IMG/VR virus record: IMGVR_UViG_3300024239_000015
Span: 1 to 64,000 of that record
DNA length: 64,000 nt
Direction: 5' to 3' (one strand)
This document shows, piece by piece, positions 53,167 through 62,112 of this stretch. The notes beneath the pieces are model-generated. The model was not told where the DNA came from, made no database searches, and saw only the letters and a list, made by a program, of their open reading frames with translations. A program made the position numbers and the translations under genes. Position 1 is the stretch's first letter; the number at the start of each line of letters is the position of its first letter.

Positions 53167-53790
53167 TTATTCAACCGCTTTCTCAAACTCTTCTGTCGTA
53201 TGCAGAAGCGCCAAGTCCTTTAAAAGCTGTGGGTCGGTGACGTGATCAAACAGCCGTTGGATGAGCTCGTAGCCAGCGTCATCCTTCACCCACCGTTTGT
53301 GTTCTTCTGTGGCACCGTCGGTGTAGACAGACACAAACCAGAACATCCCGTCGTCATAGTCGTCTGAGCAGAACCGTATCAGACGTTTCTCTGTAGAGTC
53401 TACCTGTGTCGTGCCTTCCGTACCGGCTGCCGTACGGCGCTCTGTACGCGCTCTTAAAGCGTGTTGTGCGCTACGTAACCCACGGATAGCGGTGGTGTTC
53501 TCAGGGCACGCAAACGCGGTTTGCTGATAGCACTGTAAGCGATGTTCGGCGATCGCTAATAAGTCTTCTACAAACACTCCATTAGCGCCTACTTCCTTTA
53601 GAGGACCTGTTTGAAACTTCACAGACCCTAAACTACCGTTTACTGTTTCGGGGTCTACTACGATATACTCGTCATACAGCGGCGCTCTTTCCGTCGTCCC
53701 GGTCCCAACGATTTTATTTGGAGACTGCGGTAACGGTGGTATTACAGCGCTTGCATTTTCTAAACTTAAGAGTTTTTCTCTGAGTGACAT
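53167..53790 (-). CDS. tad1: Tad1-like anti-defence nucleotide-signal sponge with a C-terminal extension of about 77 aa
   Basis: Y.EY.V..VKFQTGPLKEVGANGVFVEDLLAIAEHRLQCYQQTAFACPEN..A..L..RTERR..GTEGT matches the Tad1 pattern as recalled (IKFQKG..GV..SDLLEIVRDRL..FQ.GPF..REN..RR..DR..R.V.GT). Confidence 0.8.
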   Translation of the reverse strand: MSLREKLLSLENASAVIPPLPQSPNKIVGTGTTERAPLYDEYIVVDPETVNGSLGSVKFQTGPLKEVGANGVFVEDLLAIAEHRLQCYQQTAFACPENTTAIRGLRSAQHALRARTERRTAAGTEGTTQVDSTEKRLIRFCSDDYDDGMFWFVSVYTDGATEEHKRWVKDDAGYELIQRLFDHVTDPQLLKDLALLHTTEEFEKAVE

Positions 53791-53885
53791 TCTTCTTCCT
53801 CCACGAACAAGACCTTTAACAAAGCATGCCCTCCCATTGCAATGAGTGACATCGCTGCAATGAAGACCAACACCCCTTCTATCAT
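53766..53885 (-). CDS. Small single-pass membrane protein (39 aa), not in the ORF track
   Basis: MIEGVLVFIAAMSLIAMGGHALLKVLFVEEEE; coupled to both neighbours. Confidence 0.5.
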   Translation of the reverse strand: MIEGVLVFIAAMSLIAMGGHALLKVLFVEEEECHSEKNS

Positions 53886-53886
53886 T

Positions 53887-54225
53887 TTACTCCCCTCTCC
53901 ATACTCGATACCCATTCCCAGGCTCTTCGTAATACCGCATGGCTACACTCCAACGGATTAAAAAGTGTTCTGGGTAGTGCTGTAAAAAACGATCCCGTAC
54001 ACGGATATACTCCTCTGTGTGCTCCTCGCTAGGAAGCACACAAGGTCCTACTAAACATACAGTCACTAGCTGGTCGTGTTCTTTGACTCGCGTTAGTGTG
54101 GCGTAGTACAGTGTTTGTCTGGCTTTGTGATACCAGTACACTGTACTGCCTCCGATGACGTACGCGATCCCTGCTGTCAGTAGTAACTCCCACCCCATCT
54201 CTGTACCTCCCAGCCTCCGGTGCAC
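53887..54225 (-). CDS. Membrane-anchored hypothetical protein
   Basis: Likely start MGWELLL after a GGAGG RBS; N-terminal hydrophobic helix. Confidence 0.6.
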   Translation of the reverse strand: MHRRLGGTEMGWELLLTAGIAYVIGGSTVYWYHKARQTLYYATLTRVKEHDQLVTVCLVGPCVLPSEEHTEEYIRVRDRFLQHYPEHFLIRWSVAMRYYEEPGNGYRVWRGE

Positions 54226-54237
54226 AGAATTGGAGCG

Positions 54238-54753
54238 TTACGAGAATACAGCAGCGTCTGTATGAGGAGTAATCGCCTCGATGATCCAGGTGTGGTGTGG
54301 AGCAGACTCAGCAAGGATCAAAAACGCGGGAATGGACTTTGCCGGAACGTCCTGCAGATAGAAACACTGAGGTTCCAGTTTCAACACGTGGTTGTTCAAT
54401 CGAATCCCTAGTTCGATCATTCCTGTTTCTGTGGTAAGTCCTGCGCCGCCTGTAGGTGTCATCAAACGGATACGGTCTATTTGTTCCGCTGTGAGGAAAC
54501 TATTGAACGCTTTTAGGGTGTCGTTCACGACGACTTTATCGTGACCTGCGACGTGAACTTGCGACTCGGCAGAGTGGTGCTCTGCGATGAATTGTAAAAT
54601 CAGCGCTTTGGCTTTGAGGGTTTTACCTGTTTGACGTTTACCAACGATGACGTTTACAGTGTTATGCATGGTACTCTCCTTTTTTTGGTTAAAGTGCCGG
54701 GTTTTTGAGCACCCGATAATCGATAAGGTTGATGGCTTTCCAAACACCTTCAC
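54238..54753 (-). CDS. Hypothetical protein with a P-loop
   Basis: VNVIVGKRQTGKT; likely start MHNTV after an AAGGAG RBS. Confidence 0.6.
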   Translation of the reverse strand: MKVFGKPSTLSIIGCSKTRHFNQKKESTMHNTVNVIVGKRQTGKTLKAKALILQFIAEHHSAESQVHVAGHDKVVVNDTLKAFNSFLTAEQIDRIRLMTPTGGAGLTTETGMIELGIRLNNHVLKLEPQCFYLQDVPAKSIPAFLILAESAPHHTWIIEAITPHTDAAVFS

Positions 54754-55105
54754 GTTTTTGTAACACGATGGGTTGGTAGAACGCTTGGTATAAAGAAGGG
54801 TTGTTGATCAACTCGTGGGAATCATCAATCACAGTAAACCCATATAGCGCAAGCTCATCCGAATGCGCGCAGTGCGCGTTAACGTTGATGTGTATGTAAT
54901 TGTGGTTAGTGGATCGAGCACGGATAATCACTACGCAGCTAGGGTCTTCCGCGACACGTCGACTGGCAGTTTCAGCTTTCTCCCCAAACCACGCGTACGT
55001 ACCCTTAGGGTTTTCAAATTTCGGTGGTTGTGTGGTGCGTGGTTCACCGCACCCTAAGAACAACACCGCCAACATGAGTAAAGCGCCCGTTAGAAACGAT
55101 TTCAT
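54689..55105 (-). CDS. Predicted lipoprotein (paralog 1)
   Basis: Signal MKSFLTGALLMLAVLFLG-C. Confidence 0.7.
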   Translation of the reverse strand: MKSFLTGALLMLAVLFLGCGEPRTTQPPKFENPKGTYAWFGEKAETASRRVAEDPSCVVIIRARSTNHNYIHINVNAHCAHSDELALYGFTVIDDSHELINNPSLYQAFYQPIVLQKREGVWKAINLIDYRVLKNPAL

Positions 55106-55107
55106 TA

Positions 55108-55509
55108 TCAGACTCCTTTCGTCTGTTCTATCTCAGGAATGTTAGTGATCACCCAATGGGTTCCGTTATGTTTCAGTACCAGTGGTCGGTAAAATACATA
55201 CCTCATTCCCAGATCGTCAGATCTCGAAACTGTCGGTTTAGTGACGTTAAATCCGAAGATTTTTTGTGTGGTGGTTGTTAGTCCGTCGTAACATTTTTTG
55301 TGTACGACGAAATTTGTATGCGGCCAACCACCAACGTCAGTATAACTGATCACCACACTACACTGGGATGGTTTCTGTACCAGTTGTTTGTCGTGTAATT
55401 CAACAACCCGCATTATTTCGTAGACAGAAAATTCCCTGAGTTCATTTGGGTCATCCGAACACCCAGTTAAAGTTAGTACCCCTATCAGGGCTAACAAAAA
55501 CACCTTCAT
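55108..55509 (-). CDS. Predicted lipoprotein (paralog 2)
   Basis: Signal MKVFLLALIGVLTLTG-C (LTGC lipobox). Confidence 0.75.
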   Translation of the reverse strand: MKVFLLALIGVLTLTGCSDDPNELREFSVYEIMRVVELHDKQLVQKPSQCSVVISYTDVGGWPHTNFVVHKKCYDGLTTTTQKIFGFNVTKPTVSRSDDLGMRYVFYRPLVLKHNGTHWVITNIPEIEQTKGV

Positions 55510-55569
55510 AGTTCACACCCCAATGTAACGTCGTTTGGTTATAACAATAAACGCGAGTACTAACCCCAT

Positions 55570-55743
55570 TTATTCCCACTCCGCCGACTTCGGTTTTTGT
55601 TTAGGTTGAAACTTCCCAGCGGCTTTATCAGCCGCTACGAATTCTTTTGCAACCTCCCGAGGAATCTCTGTTTTCTCAGAGAGTTCCTTGTCGTGCGCAA
55701 CCGCTTGCATTAAGTCGTGCTGCTGTTTACTTTTAGACGGCAT
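55570..55743 (-). CDS. Small conserved phage protein (57 aa)
   Basis: MPSKSKQQHDLMQAVAH..IPREVAKEFVAAD, a pattern recalled from many phage genomes. Confidence 0.65.
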   Translation of the reverse strand: MPSKSKQQHDLMQAVAHDKELSEKTEIPREVAKEFVAADKAAGKFQPKQKPKSAEWE

Positions 55744-55753
55744 GCGTAACCCC

Positions 55754-56272
55754 CTATAAACCAAATTGTCGTAACACAGGGGTAAAGTCACACCCGATGA
55801 GTTCTTGGTCTCCCACTGGAGCGCCAGCACACGCGACGACTGTACGTTGGTCCGATGCTAGATCGATAACCAAACATTCACTATCCGAGTGCTTGAGTGC
55901 CGCAAGTGTGTAAGTGCACGTAGCTGCTTTGGCTTGTAACACGCCATTTCGAATGCGTCGCGGCGCATCGGTCAAAGTCCCTTCATCGAACAATAACACA
56001 TCGTTCTCCTCTTCGTCTCCTTTTAAGAAAACGTCAATGACCGCAAAGTCACTTTTTTGCCCCGGTACCGTTGCGTGGATGTACGGTACTCCCGGATTCC
56101 GAGGCACCTGTGCGATGTACAGTAAGTTCGTAAAACGAATCAACGCGTATTCAAACCCTTCTGCTAAAGGGTGCACAGTGTGGTCGTTAAACATCGCCAG
56201 TGGAACACCGTCGTAATTCCGAATGGTTGCGTTGCCGCCCTCAACTAAATAGATCTTTAATACGTCGGACAT
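55754..56272 (-). CDS. Hypothetical protein (172 aa)
   Basis: GGAGGA RBS; beta-rich. Confidence 0.65.
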   Translation of the reverse strand: MSDVLKIYLVEGGNATIRNYDGVPLAMFNDHTVHPLAEGFEYALIRFTNLLYIAQVPRNPGVPYIHATVPGQKSDFAVIDVFLKGDEEENDVLLFDEGTLTDAPRRIRNGVLQAKAATCTYTLAALKHSDSECLVIDLASDQRTVVACAGAPVGDQELIGCDFTPVLRQFGL

Positions 56273-56451
56273 TTCAATCCTCCAGACACTAAGTAAAGTA
56301 ATACGAACAGTTGCCCTACTGCGAATAAGAACAACGCGATAAACAGAAACCCGCGAGGACTGATGTTCTCGTTGATAATCCGTTTCGGTGGTGGCTCTGG
56401 GGGTGCCACCACCCCCAGGTTAGGTCGCGTTTCAGAAGCGTTCCGCGCCAT
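56257..56451 (-). CDS. Small membrane protein (64 aa)
   Basis: C-terminal hydrophobic helix FLFIALFLFAVGQLFVLLYLV; AGGAG RBS. Confidence 0.6.
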   Translation of the reverse strand: MARNASETRPNLGVVAPPEPPPKRIINENISPRGFLFIALFLFAVGQLFVLLYLVSGGLKCPTY

Positions 56452-57586
56452 CTTCGGGCTCCTCTAAATCGTCCAACGTAGACTTTAAGGTTTGTTTCAG
56501 GTGGTTGACTTTCCCTGAGAGTTTCTTACGTTCCTCTTCACGGATCTGCTCAGCAAAGTCCTGACGACACTTCAGTGTGGTTAAGTACTTGTGCACACGT
56601 TGGTTGATCAGGATGTAGTCTGGTACACTGTGATCAATCAGTGTTTGCCAGAATACTCGAGCCAGCGGTAGTAACTCAGGATCGGTAGGAGTCAGGTCGA
56701 TACGTAACTGTTTCTGTAACGTCTCCAGTAACAGCCCTACTCGTTGTTGATACAACCCTGCCCCAAAGAACTGGATGATATCTGCTGCATTTCCTGCCCG
56801 TACCTGCTCGTAGAAAAAGTCAGGAGACTTGGAATCCATCGCGTCTCTTGCCCACTGAGGAATCTCGCGTGTGGGGTCTTTGATCACCACCCGACGATGC
56901 ACCCACTTCAACCAAAACGCTTCGTTGATGTAGTCCCAGTGAGGTAAGGTTTTTAACACCTCACGATACGTTTGGAAGTTGGTAGAAAGTTCCATTGGAG
57001 CGCCGTAGGCCATCGCTAGGATAGAGCCGATAAAGATAGGCTCACCAGCGTCGGCTCCCCAGACTGCGTCTTTGACGACACCGATTTGTTTATCGAAACT
57101 ACGGACGTAGACCTCAAACGTACGAATGTCCATCGACTCATCCAGTATGAAACGTAGAGTATTCGCGCCTTTGCGGTCAAACAAGAGTTCTGCTAACTGG
57201 GTTTTACTACACACGTTACGAACCAGCTCCGCGTTCTCTGGTAGCCGTACGTCCCGCGAGAACGCTTGGAGTAACTCATACGCGTACTCGTCGCTGTACG
57301 CAGCGTTGTATAACGATTGGTACAGCTCAGGCCAACGACTATCAGGTTTGATTTTCGTTAATTCTAAAGCTTCAATGGCTTTGAGGAATGCGATCTCGCA
57401 TTCCGTTCCTGTAAAGGTGTTGAGTTGCGATAAAGCGTCTTTAAAACTTTGTGGTTGTAGGAACAGCTCACGTCGTACGAGGCGGCTGCTATGGGTTGGA
57501 TAGAAACTATCGTCTTGTTCTGGTTGTGCTATGAGTTCTTTTGCGAACTCTACGAACAGTTTTAGTAATGTTTGAAAATCTTGCAT
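56432..57586 (-). CDS. Hypothetical helical protein (384 aa)
   Basis: Long ORF with an AGGAG RBS. Confidence 0.75.
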   Translation of the reverse strand: MQDFQTLLKLFVEFAKELIAQPEQDDSFYPTHSSRLVRRELFLQPQSFKDALSQLNTFTGTECEIAFLKAIEALELTKIKPDSRWPELYQSLYNAAYSDEYAYELLQAFSRDVRLPENAELVRNVCSKTQLAELLFDRKGANTLRFILDESMDIRTFEVYVRSFDKQIGVVKDAVWGADAGEPIFIGSILAMAYGAPMELSTNFQTYREVLKTLPHWDYINEAFWLKWVHRRVVIKDPTREIPQWARDAMDSKSPDFFYEQVRAGNAADIIQFFGAGLYQQRVGLLLETLQKQLRIDLTPTDPELLPLARVFWQTLIDHSVPDYILINQRVHKYLTTLKCRQDFAEQIREEERKKLSGKVNHLKQTLKSTLDDLEEPEDGAERF

Positions 57587-57589
57587 TGG

Positions 57590-58534
57590 TTAGTTCTCCT
57601 TTAGGACAAAGTAGTTCGGTAGGGTCTCAACGAAAGTAAGTCCTTCCGTTGTAAACTCTCTTCGTTTTTTGGTCGTTCTCTGATCCGCAAGCCGCGACAC
57701 GACACCCAATGTTAATCCCACGTTAGTGTCGTAACCCACCTTTGTTTTCAGTAGGTGCTGTAAAACGTCACGTACGAAGGTAGGTCCGCCCACCCATGTC
57801 GTATTTGGAGTCAAAATGGTTATATCTCCAAGTGTGGGGTGGTTGTAGGTCGAGTACATCAGCTCTTCGATCTGCTTGTTTCTACAGGACAGAAGCCATC
57901 TGCGTGCCTGCAGGAGTGTTTCCTCAGGCACGGAAAGATCGACTTGTTTTCTTAAGTACGTGAGATCGCAAACTTCGATGTTCTCTCTTTCTCTGTCGTA
58001 ATCTCTAGGAGATACGTTATGGAGATGTTTAAAGAAATATCCGCGATTTGCACAGAGGTCTACCGCAAGTGAATCGAGACTCTCTATCCCTAACGTTGTA
58101 TCGATTCCTTGGATTGTTCTGAATGCCACGTCGCCGCTGTAAAGTAGTTCGACAGCTTCTCTTGGGAACGTGCGTAAGCGGTTGAGTTCGTAGTCTTTAC
58201 GTACAGCACCGATCACCACAGAACGAGAAGGTACTACAGCAACATCGTAAGGCCAACCACGTCCTGCGTAGGTTGTTCCAGTCGCCACTAAGAACACCCC
58301 ATATTCTTCGTTTTCCTGAAGTTCCACTTTACGATCAAACCGGATGCGGATATACGGACCATTGAAGTTGATCAGATCTCCCTGAGCATTAACACGTATC
58401 TGAAATTCATCGTCTTCAGTGTAAACGTACTGTAGTTCAAATACAGGTTGTTTTAAAGGTCGTAATTCATCGACTTCTGACACTGCTATTACTCCTTTAA
58501 TTTCGTTCAGTACGGTAATACACAAGTACGTCAC
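57590..58534 (-). CDS. Hypothetical protein (314 aa)
   Basis: Long ORF in the same operon. Confidence 0.75.
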   Translation of the reverse strand: MTYLCITVLNEIKGVIAVSEVDELRPLKQPVFELQYVYTEDDEFQIRVNAQGDLINFNGPYIRIRFDRKVELQENEEYGVFLVATGTTYAGRGWPYDVAVVPSRSVVIGAVRKDYELNRLRTFPREAVELLYSGDVAFRTIQGIDTTLGIESLDSLAVDLCANRGYFFKHLHNVSPRDYDRERENIEVCDLTYLRKQVDLSVPEETLLQARRWLLSCRNKQIEELMYSTYNHPTLGDITILTPNTTWVGGPTFVRDVLQHLLKTKVGYDTNVGLTLGVVSRLADQRTTKKRREFTTEGLTFVETLPNYFVLKEN

Positions 58535-58805
58535 TCGTGGTACGCACTAACCCTTCTTTATCAATCCACTCATCCTGCTGGTCTTCAGGTAGGTGTGGGT
58601 TGTTGTATGCCGTGAAGTCCACAGTGCGAGGGCGTAAGTACCCACCAATGATCGACTGGGCTGTGACTAACAGTAAAGAGTCTACAGAGACGCCGTCGTC
58701 CAGAAATACATCCAGCAGCATTCTACAGCGTTTTAAAGACCCTTTGAATGCTAAAGGGCGATGTACATCAGACGCGATATTTACAACGTGTGTTAAGTTC
58801 GACAT
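58497..58805 (-). CDS. Hypothetical protein (102 aa)
   Basis: AGGAGG RBS before MSNLTH at 58805. Confidence 0.55.
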   Translation of the reverse strand: MSNLTHVVNIASDVHRPLAFKGSLKRCRMLLDVFLDDGVSVDSLLLVTAQSIIGGYLRPRTVDFTAYNNPHLPEDQQDEWIDKEGLVRTTSDVLVYYRTERN

Positions 58806-59113
58806 AAAACCTCCTGAGTTTTCTTGACCCACGCACGCACGTCGTACATTAATGACGTCACGCGCTGATCGTGGGTTAGTCCAGCTGACTGTTGTTTGAC
58901 GTATTCGCCCCACTGTGCTTCTGGTGCCTTTGCGAAAAGTTCCCAATACCGATTCAACAACGTAACCGATCGTTGGTAGAAATCGATTTTAGGAAACCGC
59001 AGCGCGTACCCTAAAGACACCAATGCTTGAGTTGTGAAGTTGTATTCAAACACTTTACCTCCTAGTACCGTTTCTCTGGTACGTTCAGTAAACCATTGTT
59101 TTGTGAATGGCAA
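58793..59113 (-). CDS. Hypothetical protein
   Basis: Probable start at the VFEYNF codon after AGGAGG. Confidence 0.5.
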   Translation of the reverse strand: MPFTKQWFTERTRETVLGGKVFEYNFTTQALVSLGYALRFPKIDFYQRSVTLLNRYWELFAKAPEAQWGEYVKQQSAGLTHDQRVTSLMYDVRAWVKKTQEVLCRT

Positions 59114-59625
59114 GGTTGAAAGATTGGGTTTTGGTCAGCTAATGCAATAGCCTCGTCCAACGAGTAAATACGTTGCTGTGTATCCCACCCGACGTCTAAC
59201 GACTTCCCGTGATGTTTGTACCGACCGTGACAATGTCCGAATAGGTGGATTGCGCCGTGGTGTCCTTGGTTCCATTCCGTCATCGGCATGTGGGACAACA
59301 CCACCTTTCGTTTGAAGTGTTTAATTTCAATAATAGGTGATGTCTGCCCGTATACAGCGAAGACGTCACTTAACCGATGGTCGTGGTTTCCGGGAGTAAA
59401 CACTAACTTCAGAGTCAACTTAAAACGTTTCAATAAACGATGTAAGTTTTCTGGTCGGTGTTGTACGACGAAGTCACCAAGGATATACAGTGTGGCATTG
59501 TCTGGTAATGCATTGGCCTGCTCGAAGAAATAGTCCTCGAACTCAGCGAGAGTTGAGAAAGGACGGTTGTTGAGCGTTAGTGCTTTCTCGTGGTCGAGAT
59601 GCGTATCAGAAGTAACGTACTGCAT
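59062..59625 (-). CDS. Calcineurin-like metallophosphoesterase
   Basis: SDTHLDH, LGDF, GNHD, LSHMP and GHCH motifs. Confidence 0.88.
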   Translation of the reverse strand: MQYVTSDTHLDHEKALTLNNRPFSTLAEFEDYFFEQANALPDNATLYILGDFVVQHRPENLHRLLKRFKLTLKLVFTPGNHDHRLSDVFAVYGQTSPIIEIKHFKRKVVLSHMPMTEWNQGHHGAIHLFGHCHGRYKHHGKSLDVGWDTQQRIYSLDEAIALADQNPIFQPCHSQNNGLLNVPEKRY

Positions 59626-59626
59626 C

Positions 59627-60070
59627 TTACTCTACACCCAATCGCATTAACTTTGCAACTAGTCTTTTCCTTAAACTGAAGAACACGGAAAACAACACAG
59701 CGTTCAACACCACGATTAAGTAGATAGCGGAGTAATGTACGTTATTCCCTTCACCGTACGGGTCCGGACACCTCACTCTTCCGTAATCACTACTTTTCTC
59801 ACACACAAAAGTAACCCGACTCCCCACTACCGCGTTCATGTACGTAACGCGATCGACATAAAACTCTTCTCCTTTTGTACCAATTAAGTAATACTCAGGA
59901 CCAGTGCGAGTTTCTTCCTGCACTTTGTGTTTTACGGTAATAGTTACATTACCAGCGGCCATCACCGCGTCGAATTTCTTTGTGGTGTTTTCTTTCTCTA
60001 AAACTAAAGTCCACCACGCAAATGTAAGTAACGCTACTAACAGCACTACGTTAATCAACTTCTCTTTCAT
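59627..60070 (-). CDS. Two-TM membrane protein
   Basis: N- and C-terminal hydrophobic helices flanking a beta-rich loop. Confidence 0.7.
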   Translation of the reverse strand: MKEKLINVVLLVALLTFAWWTLVLEKENTTKKFDAVMAAGNVTITVKHKVQEETRTGPEYYLIGTKGEEFYVDRVTYMNAVVGSRVTFVCEKSSDYGRVRCPDPYGEGNNVHYSAIYLIVVLNAVLFSVFFSLRKRLVAKLMRLGVE

Positions 60071-60402
60071 TACTCTTCTCCATTTTCACGTGAGTGTGCC
60101 TCAGGCCATTTCATGAACTGGTGTTTGCATTCAAAGAACAGAGGACGATTTGTTTTACCCGCACCTTTAGGTAGTTCCAGAACTCTACTATCCGTAGGTC
60201 CAAAACGATTTAAGAACATGTCATAATCTAATACCCACACCGTACCCGCTGGACTGTCGTCTGTAGGTTTTAGATTCGTATACACCACCATCGGACGACT
60301 GCAGTCTTGTGCGTGTCTGGCTATACTCTTCACCAACACTAACGTCTTTGTACGTTTCGACACATAACTACGTCCTTCCTCCACCTCGTAAATTTCATTC
60401 AT
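60070..60402 (-). CDS. DUF1653-like small beta-barrel protein
   Basis: Y...V..IARH......MVVY..L....VWV....MF..RF pattern. Confidence 0.65.
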   Translation of the reverse strand: MNEIYEVEEGRSYVSKRTKTLVLVKSIARHAQDCSRPMVVYTNLKPTDDSPAGTVWVLDYDMFLNRFGPTDSRVLELPKGAGKTNRPLFFECKHQFMKWPEAHSRENGEE

Positions 60403-60959
60403 TGTACGTTTCCTTCTTTAGAGACAACCCAAATGACTGGACTTGCTTTTGTTACCAATTCGAACAGTAAACGATGTCCTAAACGACACTTAAACCACGC
60501 TTCCGTGTCAAGCGGCATAAAAGCGCGTATGGCATTCATCTTCGATAACCCATACCTCGCACCTAAGACGTACTTATCTACACCACTGTTTTCGTACAGA
60601 GTACGGAGGTGTCGGTGTAACACCTCTCGTCCGTTATTCGGTGTGCTGGTGTACCGTGGTGTGTTCTCTTCTATTACCCCTAGATGTAATTCAAACGGCT
60701 CCACACGACTAGCTAAACGGATCAGTTTCAATATACCAAATTGATCTAAGTACTCTTTGATTTTGGTTTCTGAAGCTAAAGCTCTTAACACAGAACACTC
60801 TTTGGTGGTTAATCTCAAGTGTCTGCTTAAAGACTCGTTCTCCAGTTGCGTGCTGATGATCAACTTCGCTAAGTCTTGTTTCAGTCGGGCGATGTTCAGA
60901 AATTTGATCACTCGCATTTTAAAGGCTCCGTGCTTGTGATAACAAACCGCGTAGGACAC
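60399..60959 (-). CDS. Putative tandem-HTH protein (paralog 1)
   Basis: Likely start MRVIKF at 60917; LKQDLA and LYENSGVDKYVLGARYGL. Confidence 0.65.
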   Translation of the reverse strand: MSYAVCYHKHGAFKMRVIKFLNIARLKQDLAKLIISTQLENESLSRHLRLTTKECSVLRALASETKIKEYLDQFGILKLIRLASRVEPFELHLGVIEENTPRYTSTPNNGREVLHRHLRTLYENSGVDKYVLGARYGLSKMNAIRAFMPLDTEAWFKCRLGHRLLFELVTKASPVIWVVSKEGNVQ

Positions 60960-61438
60960 TGAGCCGCCACAACTGTCAATAGTGTCGTCAACCCCACGTG
61001 GTCTTTTTTAGTGATCTTTTCGTCACGCGCGGCCACTACCCGGCGTATTGCTGAAACGGTTAACCCCCACCGATACGCTAACTGCGGAGCCGTCTTTCCC
61101 GTCTTTTTGTAACACTCGCGTAACAACACAAAGAGTGAATGTTTGAATCGCGCATCGGTTGTCTGATAAGCAACTGTCGGTTCTTTTCCCACCGTGATCT
61201 CCACTGAAGTGAGACGCAAAAGGCTATTTAAGATACGATCGGTTTTGATCGCTTTTGTTTGTTCGCGATCTTTCCTCTGACTGAGATAGTGTATTCCGGC
61301 AATAGCTCTGTTGTCTATCCCTAGTTCTGTGTACACTCTTTTCACCATTCTCGTGCGCCGACGGACTTCAACCGAGAGCGCTCTCGCTAAGTCTTGTTTG
61401 AATTGTACTGGGTTTTCAAATACGATTTCTACCGACAT
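60908..61438 (-). CDS. Putative tandem-HTH protein (paralog 2)
   Basis: MSVEIVFE..FKQDLA and CYKKTGKTAPQLAYRWGL. Confidence 0.7.
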   Translation of the reverse strand: MSVEIVFENPVQFKQDLARALSVEVRRRTRMVKRVYTELGIDNRAIAGIHYLSQRKDREQTKAIKTDRILNSLLRLTSVEITVGKEPTVAYQTTDARFKHSLFVLLRECYKKTGKTAPQLAYRWGLTVSAIRRVVAARDEKITKKDHVGLTTLLTVVAAQCPTRFVITSTEPLKCE

Positions 61439-61480
61439 TCTTTCACGTGTCCTTATTGTTGGTGTGGTTAGGTCCTAACA

Positions 61481-61493
61481 ATAATGTATATCT
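61481..61493 (-). promoter_or_regulatory. Putative early promoter motif
   Basis: Within a 23-bp block identical to 12052-12074. Confidence 0.6.
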
Positions 61494-61518
61494 GTTTTAA
61501 ATTCCATTTCTATAAGGC

Positions 61519-61552
61519 AAAAAAAGAGGAGACCGAAGTCTCCTCTTTATGC
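61519..61552 (-). terminator. Terminator hairpin
   Basis: aaagaggagac-cgaa-gtctcctcttt; T-tract on the minus side, TATGC on the plus side. Confidence 0.75.
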
Positions 61553-61935
61553 TACTTCAAAAGCTCTAATTTCAGATGGTGTTCGACCTCGATTGAGTCC
61601 CAATTAAACTTCAGGGATAAAAGCCACGAGTCACCCTCTAGAGGTCTCCACTTTAATTCCAACCAATAGTCGCCGGTACATTGTTGTTCCATCGCGTGTA
61701 TTCGTTTAATCGAGTAGAGATAAAAGAGAATCTGGCGTAACCTCCGGGTCAACGCATCTGAGAACACATCTGGGTGTCGTTGAGTTATGGTCCACAGATG
61801 TGCATCCGCCCAACTAGAATAGTCGCCTTCGTTGGCGTAGGCGTCGTGTACTTCCGGTAATCCAAACACTACGTCTAGGCCGACTGGCATTAGAGTGAAG
61901 TTTTGCTCGACTAAACCACGTCGCCTTTTCGTCAA
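61552..61935 (-). CDS. Hypothetical protein
   Basis: ORF ends at the terminator; start uncertain (TTG 61935 or ATG 61890). Confidence 0.55.
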   Translation of the reverse strand: MTKRRRGLVEQNFTLMPVGLDVVFGLPEVHDAYANEGDYSSWADAHLWTITQRHPDVFSDALTRRLRQILFYLYSIKRIHAMEQQCTGDYWLELKWRPLEGDSWLLSLKFNWDSIEVEHHLKLELLK

Positions 61936-62112
61936 AAAGTGCGGCGATGTTGTCTATGTGTATTTTGACTTCATCGAGAAGAGGGCGTAGATGACTGACG
62001 TTCGTTTTCTAACTGATTTAAGATTAAAGCGGTTTGTACTAAACGCACAAACGCTTTGTGGTCTTGATTTCTTTGTTCTTTCGTCATAGTACTCTTCCTT
62101 CTTTCTTATCGT

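Noticed and set aside
61552-62087. Possible frameshifted gene joining a 38-codon ORF (62087-61971) to the 127-aa ORF
   Set aside because: No slippery site or homology evidence; two small separate ORFs are equally plausible.
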